DNA of 64,000 bases from Hormiphora californensis (lineage: Eukaryota > Animalia > Ctenophora), in contig CM035356.1 in the NCBI GenBank assembly GCA_020137815.1, forward strand, positions 7,502,001 to 7,566,000, in the 5' to 3' direction. This document shows positions 32,001 through 58,374 of the stretch, piece after piece. A program made the position numbers and the translations under genes. How positions within the stretch are numbered: the first letter of the stretch is position 1; the number at the start of each line of letters is the position of its first letter. A model generated the notes under the pieces. The model saw only the letters and a program-made list of their open reading frames with translations, ran no database searches and was not told where the DNA came from.

Positions 32001-34448
32001 TAGGAAAAGTAAAATAATCTCCAAATTACCTGTCCAGAACTATGATGAGGATCATAGTCACTCAACATCACTTCCTCCATATCATCTGTCTTCAGGATCT
32101 GTTCACGGGCTGGTAGGAGCCTCTCAATCTGCTCCAAGTTGGCAGTGGGGATATCTCCCTTGTTGGGGAACTCAACCTGAGAAGGTGTTTTGTAGTAGGT
32201 AAAAGAAGAAAGGAGGTCAGGGTGCTCAGCATTGGATACAATATATTTAAACAGAGTTTAAATAGAAGTTCAAAATGAATCTTAAAGAAAGTTTAGAGAA
32301 TTTAGAAAGTTTAGAGAGTTGGAGACCTACATTAAACTGAATGAGCAGCTGGCCCTTGGTGAATGGATCCCTCTGAAGCGGCATTCCCTCGTTCATGATA
32401 CATTTCACGTCCTCTGAGGGGGGGGGGGGTGTTAACATTTTGTAAAACAATATTTGAACACAGGGAAGGGGATTAACAATATATTCACATTTTGTAAGGG
32501 GGGGGGGGAGAAGGGACCCTCCACAACTTACTAGGTTTGATAATATCTCCGATGAAGTTCTGAACAATAAGGGTCCTATTATCGAGGGTTTTGACAGGCT
32601 TCTCAAACCCACACAGAGATTCAACTAGTGATACGTTCATTTCCATAATGAGATCCAGACCATTCCTCTTGTACAGGGAGTGTTCTTTCTCATCCAAAAC
32701 TATCACAATATCACCAGGTTCGATATCTGGGTCCTGGAGACAGAGAGAGAGGGGTGTTAGAGGGCTGGGGAGAAAGAGGGAGGTATTAGAGGAATGGAAG
32801 AGTGGTGTTCGGATTTAAGAGACGCACTGGAAGCTGGAGGAGAGATGATGAGTGTATGTCATGTGATCAGTGATGATTTCACGGTGTATGGCAGGCTTTT
32901 TTACGGATAGGCGACAAGAAGATCCAAGGAGAAGCTTGTTTTTTTAAAAGAAGAGAGTGATAGGAAGATAGAGAGAAGGAATAGGAAAGGATTAAACTCC
33001 ATAAGCCAAACTTCTTGGTTCTCCCACACAGCCTCCGACTTTACTCTCGCTCTCTCTCTCTCTCTCTCTCTGCTGCTCTCTCTACTCTCTCTCTCTCTCC
33101 TCTCATCTCTCTCTCTCTCTCATCTCCTCTATATAGATGTAGCTATAGAAATAGTTACCCACTTCTTGCCCTTGCTCCACACACCCACACACACATCTCT
33201 CTTCTCATTTCTACACCGCGCGCTGTCTGTGTGAAGAAAAGCGCACTGCTGACCCTTAATATAGGCCTACTTTACATTGCTTAGAGCGAGGGAAATTTCT
33301 CGCTGGTAGACCGTTCGAATCAGTGTGTACTGGTGCGTGTGTGTAGCGGGGTGTGGGTGATTTTGGCAAGTGATGTACCATGTGGAGGGTAGAAAGGAAG
33401 AGAAATTGAAAGATAACACAAAACAGGGAGCACAAATGTTCAAAGTTTGACAACCCAAATCGTCAAAGATTGACAGTGAAACATTATACAGCTGGTGTCA
33501 GTGCCAAACAGTCCAATTTACCTGATCTCCCTCTCCTGTGAATGTGATTTTCTGGCCATCCTTCATTCCTCTTGTCTATATGAACCTCCAAAATCTTCCT
33601 TTCTCTTATCACTTTCTTGCCCATACACGTTTTACATCGGTCCTGGGAGTTAGGATGTAGTATGAGACAGGGGTGCACAGTGGGTCAAAACTGTCATTGA
33701 CCCGGACATTTCGTTGTTTTCCACTTTTTTCCAGTGATTGTTATCCAAACCTGGTTGGTATGGACCCAATGTACCGGGTGAGGGGTCGTCCTTCCTAGAC
33801 CTTCGCACAAACAATTCCCTCACCTTTTCTCTGATGATTTCTCCCTTTCCCATACAGTCAGGGCATACTGTTGCATTTGTTGGATCATACCAGGTCCAAT
33901 CTGTCTCACCACAACTTTAACACCCTGTCCGTGACAGGGGTGACAATCCTGAACCGCACCGTCCTTACCACCTGGGGGAGGGAGGGAGTTGAGGAGAGAG
34001 AGGGGAGAGAGAGATAGGGTGAGAGGAGCAGAGAGATATAGACTAGCGAGGAAGAGAGAGGAGAGATAGATATATCCTTCTCTACCGCTCTCTCGCCTCG
34101 CGAGCCCTCTCTCTCTCTCCCTCCTCTTCTCCTTCTCTCTCTCTCTCTCTCTTCTCCCTCTCCTCTCTCTCGATCGACTCTCAGCAGACCCCTTTCTGTT
34201 GCAAGGTATAAGGCTCAATGTCACTTTTCCTGCCACCCTTTATTTTACATATCTGTGCGCGGAAACCACACAAGATCGAGTGGTGTAGGAGTTGCTTGTG
34301 GTGTATCTCACTAATAGGTTCCAATCATTGCGCTCTCTCGCAATACCTAACACCCTCTCCTCCTCTCCTCTCTCTCTCCTCTCTGCTCTCCTCTCTCTCT
34401 CTCTCTCTCTCTCTCACCACTCTCTTCACTCCTCTCTCTCTTCCTCTC

Positions 34449-34531
<83 letters not shown>

Positions 34532-37114
34532 TGTTCTCTTCTTCTCTCTCTTTCTCTCTCTGCAAGTCATCAGTGGATACAAAACGTTGTTGATTATCAA
34601 GCAAGGCCAAGGGGCGAGACAAGAATCAGAACAATGACAGGAAAGAAAAAGGAGGAGCCCGGTAAATCGGGGTTTGATTATAACAAGGTATATATTTTAC
34701 TTTATAATTTCAATTACTTACCCTTTCCGTTACACTTGCTGCAGATGACATTCTTGTTGAGGGCAAGTTGACGAGTTGCACCGTTATACAGCTCTTCCAG
34801 TGAAACCTAGTGAGAGAGAGGGGTTAGAAAGGGACACCTAATGGGAGAGGGAGGGGGTTAGAAAGGAATGGAAATGGACAACTTTTAGAAGAGACTAGAG
34901 AGGGGTAAGGAAGGAGAGGATGTGATGGCCGATGGGGAAGAAGGAATGGTAGGAAACGAGAGGAAATAGAGGAAATAGAGGGGTTGATAATCAACAACTT
35001 GTCAGAGACTAAAAGGGCTAAACATGGGGAAACACCAGTTGGAATAGAGCAAAGAGGGAACGATCAAAATGGGGAATTTATCCCTTTCAAAGAAAGAAAT
35101 CGATATTTGGATTGCAATACACTGAATCCAACTTGAGTCACCAAACACTAAATGTAGTATGAACAATCCAACATCAAACTTACTTTAAGAGGGTGAACCA
35201 TGTCTCGTCCCTTTCTCTCTCTGCCCATGTCTGGTCGACCCCTCCCTCCTCCCATACCTCCACCGAAGAACATATCGAATATATCCATGGGGTTATGTCC
35301 TCCACCACCACCACCTAACAATGAGGGAGAGGGTTTAGAGGGAGAAGGGGAATAGAAGATATTATTTAGAACGACCCATTTACATATCTAGAAGAGAGTA
35401 AGGAGTGTAGCTGTGAATAAATAACTGTCACCGAATCATCGAAGCGAATAAAACAGCTATAATGAAGGCTCAAGCAATAGAGAAACGGGAGGGGGAGGTA
35501 GAGTTTACCTTCTTTCAGGGCATCCATACCACCCTGATCATAAATCTTCCTCTTCTTCTCATCTGAAAGGACCTCAAATGCTTGGGAAATCTCCTTGAAC
35601 TGAAAAGGAAGGACAATTTAGTTGTTGTACAGGGTGTCCCACTGTCTTTGCATCACCTGTGATTTTGGGTGATGAGTGGGTTCCATTCAAATGCCCATAA
35701 CTCATCGAAAAGTAGGTCAAAACGGCTCAACCAAAAACAGCGTTCTAGAGAATTGTCTGGGGTACATTTTGGTGGCAAGATTGACGTTCCAAGTCTTACC
35801 AATCGTCAGATATATCGTCGTAAAGTCAAAAATACATGTTCATGAAATCCGACCGGGGTTCACGTTTTGAAAAATTCACAAATGCAAAGTTGCTCGGATC
35901 ACATTGCATCCCTCATAAGAGTTGTAGGAAATTGTCTGGCGGTCATTTTGGTACCCGGGTTTTTGTCCTAGCTCAATGTTTAGAGTGTCTTATGACTGTC
36001 AGAACTGGAATTTTTCTAAAAGTGGTCTCAGGTATCGCATTGCATTTTGCCCTGTTATGAAGCTCATTGCTGCTTGAATAATATGTTAGTGCATGATAGG
36101 GTTGAGATAGACCACTTGCGTATCCTACACATTAACAGGGGCCTTGCCAAATCGTCATAACAACCCTGTCAAGTGTCTAGATGAAATTGAGACGATATGT
36201 GCTGATTATCATGGGATTACACACGACACCGAGCCACCTAATTAGGGGTTGTGAGCCGATACCAACTAAGACTCAGCATAGAACAATTTTCATGTTCCTA
36301 CAGTCATAACGCAACTAAAACATAGAGCTATGGGAAAAATCATGGTATCAAAATGAACCTTAGACGATTCCAATGAAGCTCTTGTAAATTTCAAATCATT
36401 TTACCCATTTGTTGATGACACGTGATCCCCTCAAAAATGCTGGTTGAATTTCGTCTTTAGACAGTCATAAGACACTCTAAACATTGAGCTAGGACAAAAA
36501 CCCGGGTACCAAAATGAACGCCAGACAATTTCCTACAACTCTTATGAGGGATGCAATGTGATCCGAGCAACTTTGCATTTGTGAATTTTTCAAAACGTGA
36601 ACCCCGGTCGGATTTCATGAACATGTATTTTTGACTTTACGACGATATATCTGACGATTGGTAAGACTTGGAACGTCAATCTTGCCACCAAAATGTTCGC
36701 CAGACAATTCTGTAGAACACTGGTTTTTGTTAGAACCATTTTGACCTACTTTTCGATGAGTTATGGGCATTTGAATGGAACCCACTCATCACCCAAAATC
36801 ACAGGTGATGCAAAGACAGTGGGACACCCTGTATTATAGATCAGGAGAACATTACATTTAGTTACTTTCTTCCCCCCCCTTCTCTCTCTCTCGGTCCACT
36901 ACACGCACCACTCCCACATGGGGCCGTAAGGTCCCATGCGGGAACAGGGTTAAATCCTGTTGGATCCAAAGGCCCCTCTCACCTTCTCCTCGGATCCAGG
37001 GTTTTTGTCGGGGTGAAACTTGAGGGCAAGTTTTCTGTAGGCCTTCTTTATCTCAGCCTGGTTAGCGGTGGGTACAACTCCCAGAATATCGTACAGCTTT
37101 GTTTCCTTGACCAT
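31231..37114 (-). CDS. DNAJA1: Type I Hsp40 co-chaperone (DnaJ subfamily A), about 10 exons
   Basis: [13 protein letters not shown]...FHPDKNPG (exon 1, 37114-36983), a G/F region, CxxCxGxG zinc fingers ([16 protein letters not shown]), a C-terminal domain and a CaaX end GPGVQCRTQ*. Two 1-nt frameshifts (~33870, ~33572) are likely errors. The paralog (A1/A2/A4) cannot be resolved. Confidence 0.92.
31632..31736 (-). mobile_element. Second copy of the caggaaccgaccga MITE, in the last DNAJA intron
   Basis: Reverse complement of 21076-21184. Confidence 0.85.
35630..36831. mobile_element. Tc1/mariner-like non-autonomous element with ~370-bp TIRs in DNAJA intron 1
   Basis: TA|cagggtgtcccactgtctttgcatc ... 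gatgcaaagacagtgggacaccctg|TA; no transposase ORF. Confidence 0.9.
36892..36975 (-). mobile_element. Extremely 5'-truncated copy of the R4/Dong-like LINE (3' terminus only)
   Basis: cggtccactacacgcaccactccc.catggggccgtaaggtcccatgcg...gggttaaatcc matches 49633-49730 and also abuts a (CT)n run. Confidence 0.88.
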
Positions 37115-37799
37115 GATGATAATGTGCCTTCCCTTGGCTAGAAGATGGGGGAATGGAGGGATGAAGTATATATGGGAATAGATAGGGTGCAAGATGGGAA
37201 TTGAGGGTTGAAGTAGGGGGAAATAGAGGGTTTAAATATGGGAATAGAAGGGGTGCTAGAGGGGAGATGGGTTCGGGATATTGCAGGAATATTCCCCCGG
37301 GGGAAGTCTGGGTAGAACCCTAACGGTGTTTAGGAAAGGGACTGTCGGGATATTGCAGGAGATCTGGGTAGAAAGGGACTGAAATAAAACTAGAGTTTCT
37401 TAATGGTGTAAGATTTATGTAAAACTGTTGTGTTGCGTGTGTTATAACACACAATTTTAATCAACATCAAATAGCACACCGTACACGACAGAGGGTAAAA
37501 AATAAAATTGCACTCACCCATGAATAACAATCTGTTAGTGCACATTCAGCACAAAACAATACAATATATTATGGTCAACATCCCCCTCACTCTCTCTCCT
37601 AGTTATCTACCTCATCATCTCACTCTCCCAAACCAATCTCTCTCTCCCTACTCTATTTTACACTCACATCACACATCTCCCACTCACACACACATCATAA
37701 TAATACAGTGGCTGGGTGGACCACACATACACACAGCAGGGGGTGGTAAATTGATACAAAAACAGAAGATATTGAAAGAGATAAATCTCCCAACACACA

Positions 37800-39644
37800 T
37801 CAATCGTCCAATGTATTTTCTTCCAAGAATTTGTATTCGAATTTAAAGTCCTCTTTGGTCCTTTGCTGCCAAAGGTCCGTATCAAAGTACACGTAAGTCC
37901 CGGTTTCGTGTGACTCCACAATTTCCTTGGGCTTGTCGTACCTCTGAAACCACATTTTCACCTTCTTATGAAACCTCCAATGTTGTTCCTTTAGTGCTTT
38001 TGCTGCGTAATACTGAGCCTTCGTGCCCTCGTAGAAGTAGAAGATAAAGAATAAGGTATCGGGAACTAGATTCTTGAAGTACTCATACGAATCGAAACTG
38101 TGCTTTGGATCATAACTGTGGTAGTGGTGTGAAGGAATCTGAGCGTGGTACGAGTTCAACATGTTCATCGATCGAATCCTGTTGGAATCTGAGGGGAGTG
38201 GCAGGTTCATGGAGGCCGCTTCCAACATCATTAGCTGCATTTCCCGTTCTGGGGTCAGTGGAACTGGGCCGAGGGGCGAGACACCCAGTATCGGGTCCAA
38301 CACAAACGGCTCCTGATCAGATTCCACCCCGTCAGCTAGCCGTGATTCTACCACCGTTGTCGGGGACCGGATTGTGTCGCTGTGGGTTATGTGCAGATTG
38401 GTGTAGAGCGAGTTTGTGTTGTTCATACCGATTGGATTTGAGGTGATGGAGGCTGGAGGTGATATAACTGAAGGAGGGGTAGTTTTGGGCATGACGATAT
38501 TTCCACCAACTGGAGTTATTGTCATCTGAAGAGGCTTCGATTCGACCCCTCGGATTGGTAACGAAGATGGGGGTGAGCTGTTTGATCCACTGTTACTAGT
38601 GTTACTACTGGGAACTGAACTAGCGGTTGTAACTGTCGATGTGGGGGTGGTCGAGGGGATACTGTTACCACTACTGTTACTATTGGGTGTGGGGTGCCGT
38701 GTCCTGGTCGTTGGAGGAGCTGGTGTCGATGTTTGTTGAGGTTTACTGGGAGGGCTCATCTTGATCACTTTAACAGGAGGACTAGCAGCTGGGACGGGGG
38801 CTACTACTGGTTGTTGCTGCTCTGTTATATCGTTATGTGAATCAAATGAGACATGGCTATCTTCATCTTCACTGCCATCATCGTTATCACTGTGTGTTGA
38901 TGATAACCGTGGCTCCACCATAGAACTGTTTAACAACTCAGGATCCACTATGTCCTCATAGAGATACTCGTTCTCAACGAAGTCGGGTGAACTGTAATCT
39001 GTAATGTAGTACTCAACCTCTTCTTGGATGGTCTTCACATCATCAATTTCTAACGTGTCGTTGTCCCACATTCGTAACAATGCCTCCAAGTGGGCTATGT
39101 GATTCCGATGGTTCTTGATAAATCTATGAAGTTCATCCAACTTGTCACCTCCGCTAGCAGCATTCTTCTTCTTTCGAGTCTGTGCCTGTATCGTTTCAAC
39201 ATCACATTCTAATTTATCTACCTCGATATTTAGTGTTTCGATTGATTTGTTTAACCAGTCCCGCATCTCACATCGCTCCCTTTCAGCGGGATCTAACTTA
39301 GCTGGTAACCCTAATGCTTCTTTAGAGTACGCTTTCGTTTTGGCATCCCGTTCCACAATCTTAAAGCTTTCCATCTGTGCCTCTATTAATTTCCGATCGT
39401 CTATCAAGGCCCGTTTGTCCTTTACTTCATTCGACTGACACCATGATTTAATCTGATCTCGTAACCTCTGGAGTTTCTTGATTTCCTTTTTCAAGTCCTG
39501 CTCGTACTTTTCCCGTTGATTAGCTGCCCCTTGGTTCTTCGCCAGGTGGAGTTTGTTCCAGATTTCCTTGAACGAATCCACACCTTCCACAACCTTCTTG
39601 TGACATCGTTCAATGTCACCCAGCAACTTTCGCTTATCCGCCAT
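37800..39644 (-). CDS. CNOT3: CCR4-NOT complex subunit 3 (614 aa, intronless CDS)
   Basis: N-terminal Not3 domain MADKRKLLGDIERC...NQREKYEQDLKKEIKKLQRLRDQIK, an S/T/P-rich linker and a C-terminal NOT box TLFFIFYFYEGTKAQYYAAKALKEQHWRFHKK. Confidence 0.96.
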   Translation of the reverse strand: MADKRKLLGDIERCHKKVVEGVDSFKEIWNKLHLAKNQGAANQREKYEQDLKKEIKKLQRLRDQIKSWCQSNEVKDKRALIDDRKLIEAQMESFKIVERDAKTKAYSKEALGLPAKLDPAERERCEMRDWLNKSIETLNIEVDKLECDVETIQAQTRKKKNAASGGDKLDELHRFIKNHRNHIAHLEALLRMWDNDTLEIDDVKTIQEEVEYYITDYSSPDFVENEYLYEDIVDPELLNSSMVEPRLSSTHSDNDDGSEDEDSHVSFDSHNDITEQQQPVVAPVPAASPPVKVIKMSPPSKPQQTSTPAPPTTRTRHPTPNSNSSGNSIPSTTPTSTVTTASSVPSSNTSNSGSNSSPPSSLPIRGVESKPLQMTITPVGGNIVMPKTTPPSVISPPASITSNPIGMNNTNSLYTNLHITHSDTIRSPTTVVESRLADGVESDQEPFVLDPILGVSPLGPVPLTPEREMQLMMLEAASMNLPLPSDSNRIRSMNMLNSYHAQIPSHHYHSYDPKHSFDSYEYFKNLVPDTLFFIFYFYEGTKAQYYAAKALKEQHWRFHKKVKMWFQRYDKPKEIVESHETGTYVYFDTDLWQQRTKEDFKFEYKFLEENTLDD

Positions 39645-39843
39645 TGCTTAGTTACATTGGCAACCTACAGAAAACGAAATTTGGGGTCAGTGGTGAGAGG
39701 GAAAACGTGCTCAACTGGCAACTTTTAAAATCCTTGACTTGAAGGTAAGCATTATGAGACGTTAAATGGCTTGAACTGAAAGCTTAGGTATCTACAAACC
39801 CTCAAATAAGGAAGAGGGAGGCACAAAACAGTCTCCGAAGACA

Positions 39844-40135
39844 GGGATCCCTAAAAAAGTTCAGTATTTACACAGCGTTTACACAGTCTTTACACAGTCG
39901 TTACACCCAGAGCGGCGCGTGCTGCGTTTTGCGGCTTTTTCTAAGAAAATATTGGATTGTGTGCTGCACAATTGGGTAAATTGAGCGCTGCGGCGAAAAA
40001 AGTTTCTGAAAACGCTGCAAATCGAGTGCGAAAGACGCAGTCTTTACACCCAGAGCGGCGCGGGCGCTCTGGGTGTAACGACTGAGTAAAGACTGTGTAA
40101 ACGCTGTGTAAATACTGAACTTTTTTAGGGATCCC
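39844..40135. mobile_element. MITE with gggatccctaaaaaagttcagtatttac TIRs, copy 1
   Basis: Long TIRs; an inverted sister copy lies at 40243-40534. Confidence 0.88.
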
Positions 40136-40242
40136 TACCAAACTTGGCATAAAGTCCATTTTTATTCAACTGTTCACCCCTCAACTCGTGCGCGTGCGAT
40201 ATTTTAATTTACGCTGCGCGCGCTACACGTTAACATGTGATA

Positions 40243-40534
40243 GGGATCCCTAAAAAAGTTCAGTATTTACACAGAGTTTACACAGTCTTTACTCAGTCGT
40301 TACACCCAGAGCGCCCGCGCCGCTCTGGGTGTAACGACTGCGTCTTTCGCACTCGATTTGCAGCGTTTTCGCAAACTTTTTTCGCCGCAGCGCTCAATTT
40401 TGTCAATTGTGCAGCACACAATCCAATATTTTCTTGAAAAAAGCCACTGTGCGCAGCACGCGCCGCTCTGGGTGTAACGACTGAGTAAAGACTGTGTAAA
40501 CTCTGTGTAAATACTGAACTTTTTTAGGGATCCC
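40243..40534. mobile_element. Same MITE family, copy 2 (inverted)
   Basis: Near reverse complement of 39844-40135, flanked by TA. Confidence 0.88.
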
Positions 40535-40647
40535 TATAAACGCGCAAAACAATTCCGCGCACGACTTTGGGGGGTGAACAGTTGAAAAAAAAATGGAGTA
40601 TACGTTGCGGGGGTGCGCGCATGAGGGGGCTGCAGCGCATTCCAACT

Positions 40648-40942
40648 AAAGTCGAATTTTTTATTTAAGCGACAGGCCGCCGCGCATTCAAAGAAGTCGC
40701 GCGGCGTTGTATTTGCGCGTGACAATTCGAGAAACCTTTTCGTTCATATCTCCAGTTCCTGATAAGATAAAGAATTGATCTTGGTTGCGTTGGAAAGGTC
40801 TTGAAATTATCTTTCCAACGCTTCCGGGTTCAAGTCTTAAGATTACCAGGAACTTGATCTCGATTATCACGCGCAAATACAACGCCGCGCGACCTCTTTG
40901 AATGCGCGGCGGCCTGTCGCTTAAATAAAAAATTCGACTTTA
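40648..40942. mobile_element. Palindromic MITE
   Basis: aaagtcgaattttttatttaagcgacaggccgccgcgcattcaaag ... and its reverse complement. Confidence 0.8.
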
Positions 40943-41213
40943 CCGAACCGAAAAAAGAGAGCGTTTGAATTTTTGTGGCCAAGCACAGATTTTGTTTTCT
41001 GAACTGAATTGAGATTTTACGCCGCGCAAAAGATTTCACAATCTTCTTTTTACTGCGCGGCTTTATATTTGCGCGTTCGATTTCATGTGCGCTGGAAAGC
41101 ACCCTAGGACCTCTTTTGCCAAGCATCTCAACAAGATTAAACGCATTTGTTTACTGAAATAACATTTTAAGCATAAGAATAGTAATTAAAGTGATAATAA
41201 TATCAGATATGTA

Positions 41214-42154
41214 TAGTAGGGTCGGTTGTGGGAAGTTGGGTCTGGAATTTTAAATTTGACTTGCTGATATGATTAGGGACTCTATAAAAAGTCCAAAGTA
41301 CCATCCCACAGGTCTCTACCACCCCCGGTTCACTAATTATTCGTAATTATGTGATTTATGACGTTATCGCCAATTAGCACTAATAATACCAGTTCCTGGT
41401 CACTTAGAGCTTAGATTTTGATACCAGGTGATAGAGGATCACTAGATTAGTGGGCATTCAAAATTTCAGGTCGATCGGAGTTATGGTCGAGGAGTTATAA
41501 CCGTTTTTCCGTTTGGCTGGCGGTTGGCTGGCACCACGTGGGATTACGGGTTTATGTCGTCGTAGGAGGTCGTCATTGGTCGCGTTCGATCGGGCTCGAT
41601 GAGGTGATCAAAACCTAGTGGGGCCAGACCTTGGCCCCACCCCGTTCTTGGGTTATTAGGTTTTTTCGGTTTCCCGCCAAAATATTTTCCCGCCAAAACC
41701 AAAAAAGCCTAATAACCCAAGAACGGGGTGGGGCCAAGGTCTGGCCCCACTAGGTTTTGATCACCTCATCGAGCCCGATCGAACGCGACCAATGACGACC
41801 TCCTACGACGACCTAAACCCGTAATCCCACGTGGTGCCAGCCAACCGCCAGCCAAACGGAAAAACGGTTATAACTCCTCGACCATAACTCCGATCGACCT
41901 GAAATTTTGAATGCCCACTAATCTAGTGATCCTCTATCACCTGGTATCAAAATCTAAGCTCTAAGTGACCAGGAACTGGTATTATTAGTGCTAATTGGCG
42001 ATAACGTCATAAATCACATAATTACGAATAATTAGTGAACCGGGGGTGGTAGAGACCTGTGGGATGGTACTTTGGACTTTTTATAGAGTCCCTAATCATA
42101 TCAGCAAGTCAAATTTAAAATTCCAGACCCAATTTCCCACAACCGACCCTACTA
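41214..42154. mobile_element. ~940-bp near-perfect foldback element
   Basis: Arms tagtagggtcggttgtggg.../...cccacaaccgaccctacta are complementary to the centre at ~41683. Confidence 0.92.
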
Positions 42155-42317
42155 GTAGTAACTTTCCAACCCTACTGACAAATATCTTTTTCATAAAAAG
42201 AAAAAAGTAGAAATAGTACAAATAAAATAAGCGTGTGAACTTTTCGTTGGTTTTGTGTATTAAACAAGAAATAAATACTTTTAAAAACTAATCTAGAAAA
42301 CTCTCTCTCTAACTGAT

Positions 42318-57447
<15,130 letters not shown>

Positions 57448-57658
57448 CGTTTCAGAGGGAGTGGATAGCCTTGAGAGAGAGAGCTAGAGTAGGAATAGAT
57501 GGTCAGGAACTAAATAGAAAACATACGCAAATCTATACTTTTTAATTTACATCAAGTTTAAACTTTCAATACGGCATTGCTAAAACACAAGATAAAACTA
57601 TCGTACAGAAAAGAAATGTCTCTCACAAAGCCCCCACACGTTAAGTTCCACACGTATT

Positions 57659-58323
57659 TCATGTTGCCATGGCAACCGAAGAGAGTTTGTTGCTATGAAG
57701 CAGTTCATAATCCTGGGTTACACGGGACATCAGCTCAAAGTGAGATGTGGTCTCTGCTACTAACTCTTGGTATAAATCTCTTGATACTCGATCTTGTTTT
57801 CCTTTCAGTTGGAACAATACCTGAAATACAGGAAGGATGGGGGGGATATAAGATAGATTTTATCAACTGTGATGGGTAAATAATAATGGGGGGGGGGTGG
57901 GAAAATAGAAATGTTTTGTGTACTCAGATGAAGAATGGTGATGTGCAATGTGTGACAAATGTGTGACTAAAGTGTGACTAAAGTGTAACAAATGTGTGAC
58001 TAAATGTGTGACTAAATGTGTGACTAATGTGTGACAAATGTGTGACAAATGTGTGACAAATGTGTGACAAATGTGTGACAAATGTGTGACAAATGTGTGT
58101 GACAAATGTGTGTGACAAATGTGTGACAAATGTGTGACAAATGTGGCTAAAGTGTTATTGATTTACCTGATCAAACACGGTATAGGGTAGGTAAACTGGA
58201 GGCTGGTTACTTTGGATGGAGTTGAACAACCCATATTCTGCTGTTTCCCTCCCTGATACTGCACCTATCAAGCCTGATAAAGGGTTGATTAGAGAAGGAG
58301 AGGGAGGGAGATAGAGAGAGAGG

Positions 58324-58374
<51 letters not shown>

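Noticed and set aside
37280-37310. Heat-shock element upstream of DNAJA (gGAAtaTTCc)
   Set aside because: Only two clean nGAAn units, insufficient to call without functional data.
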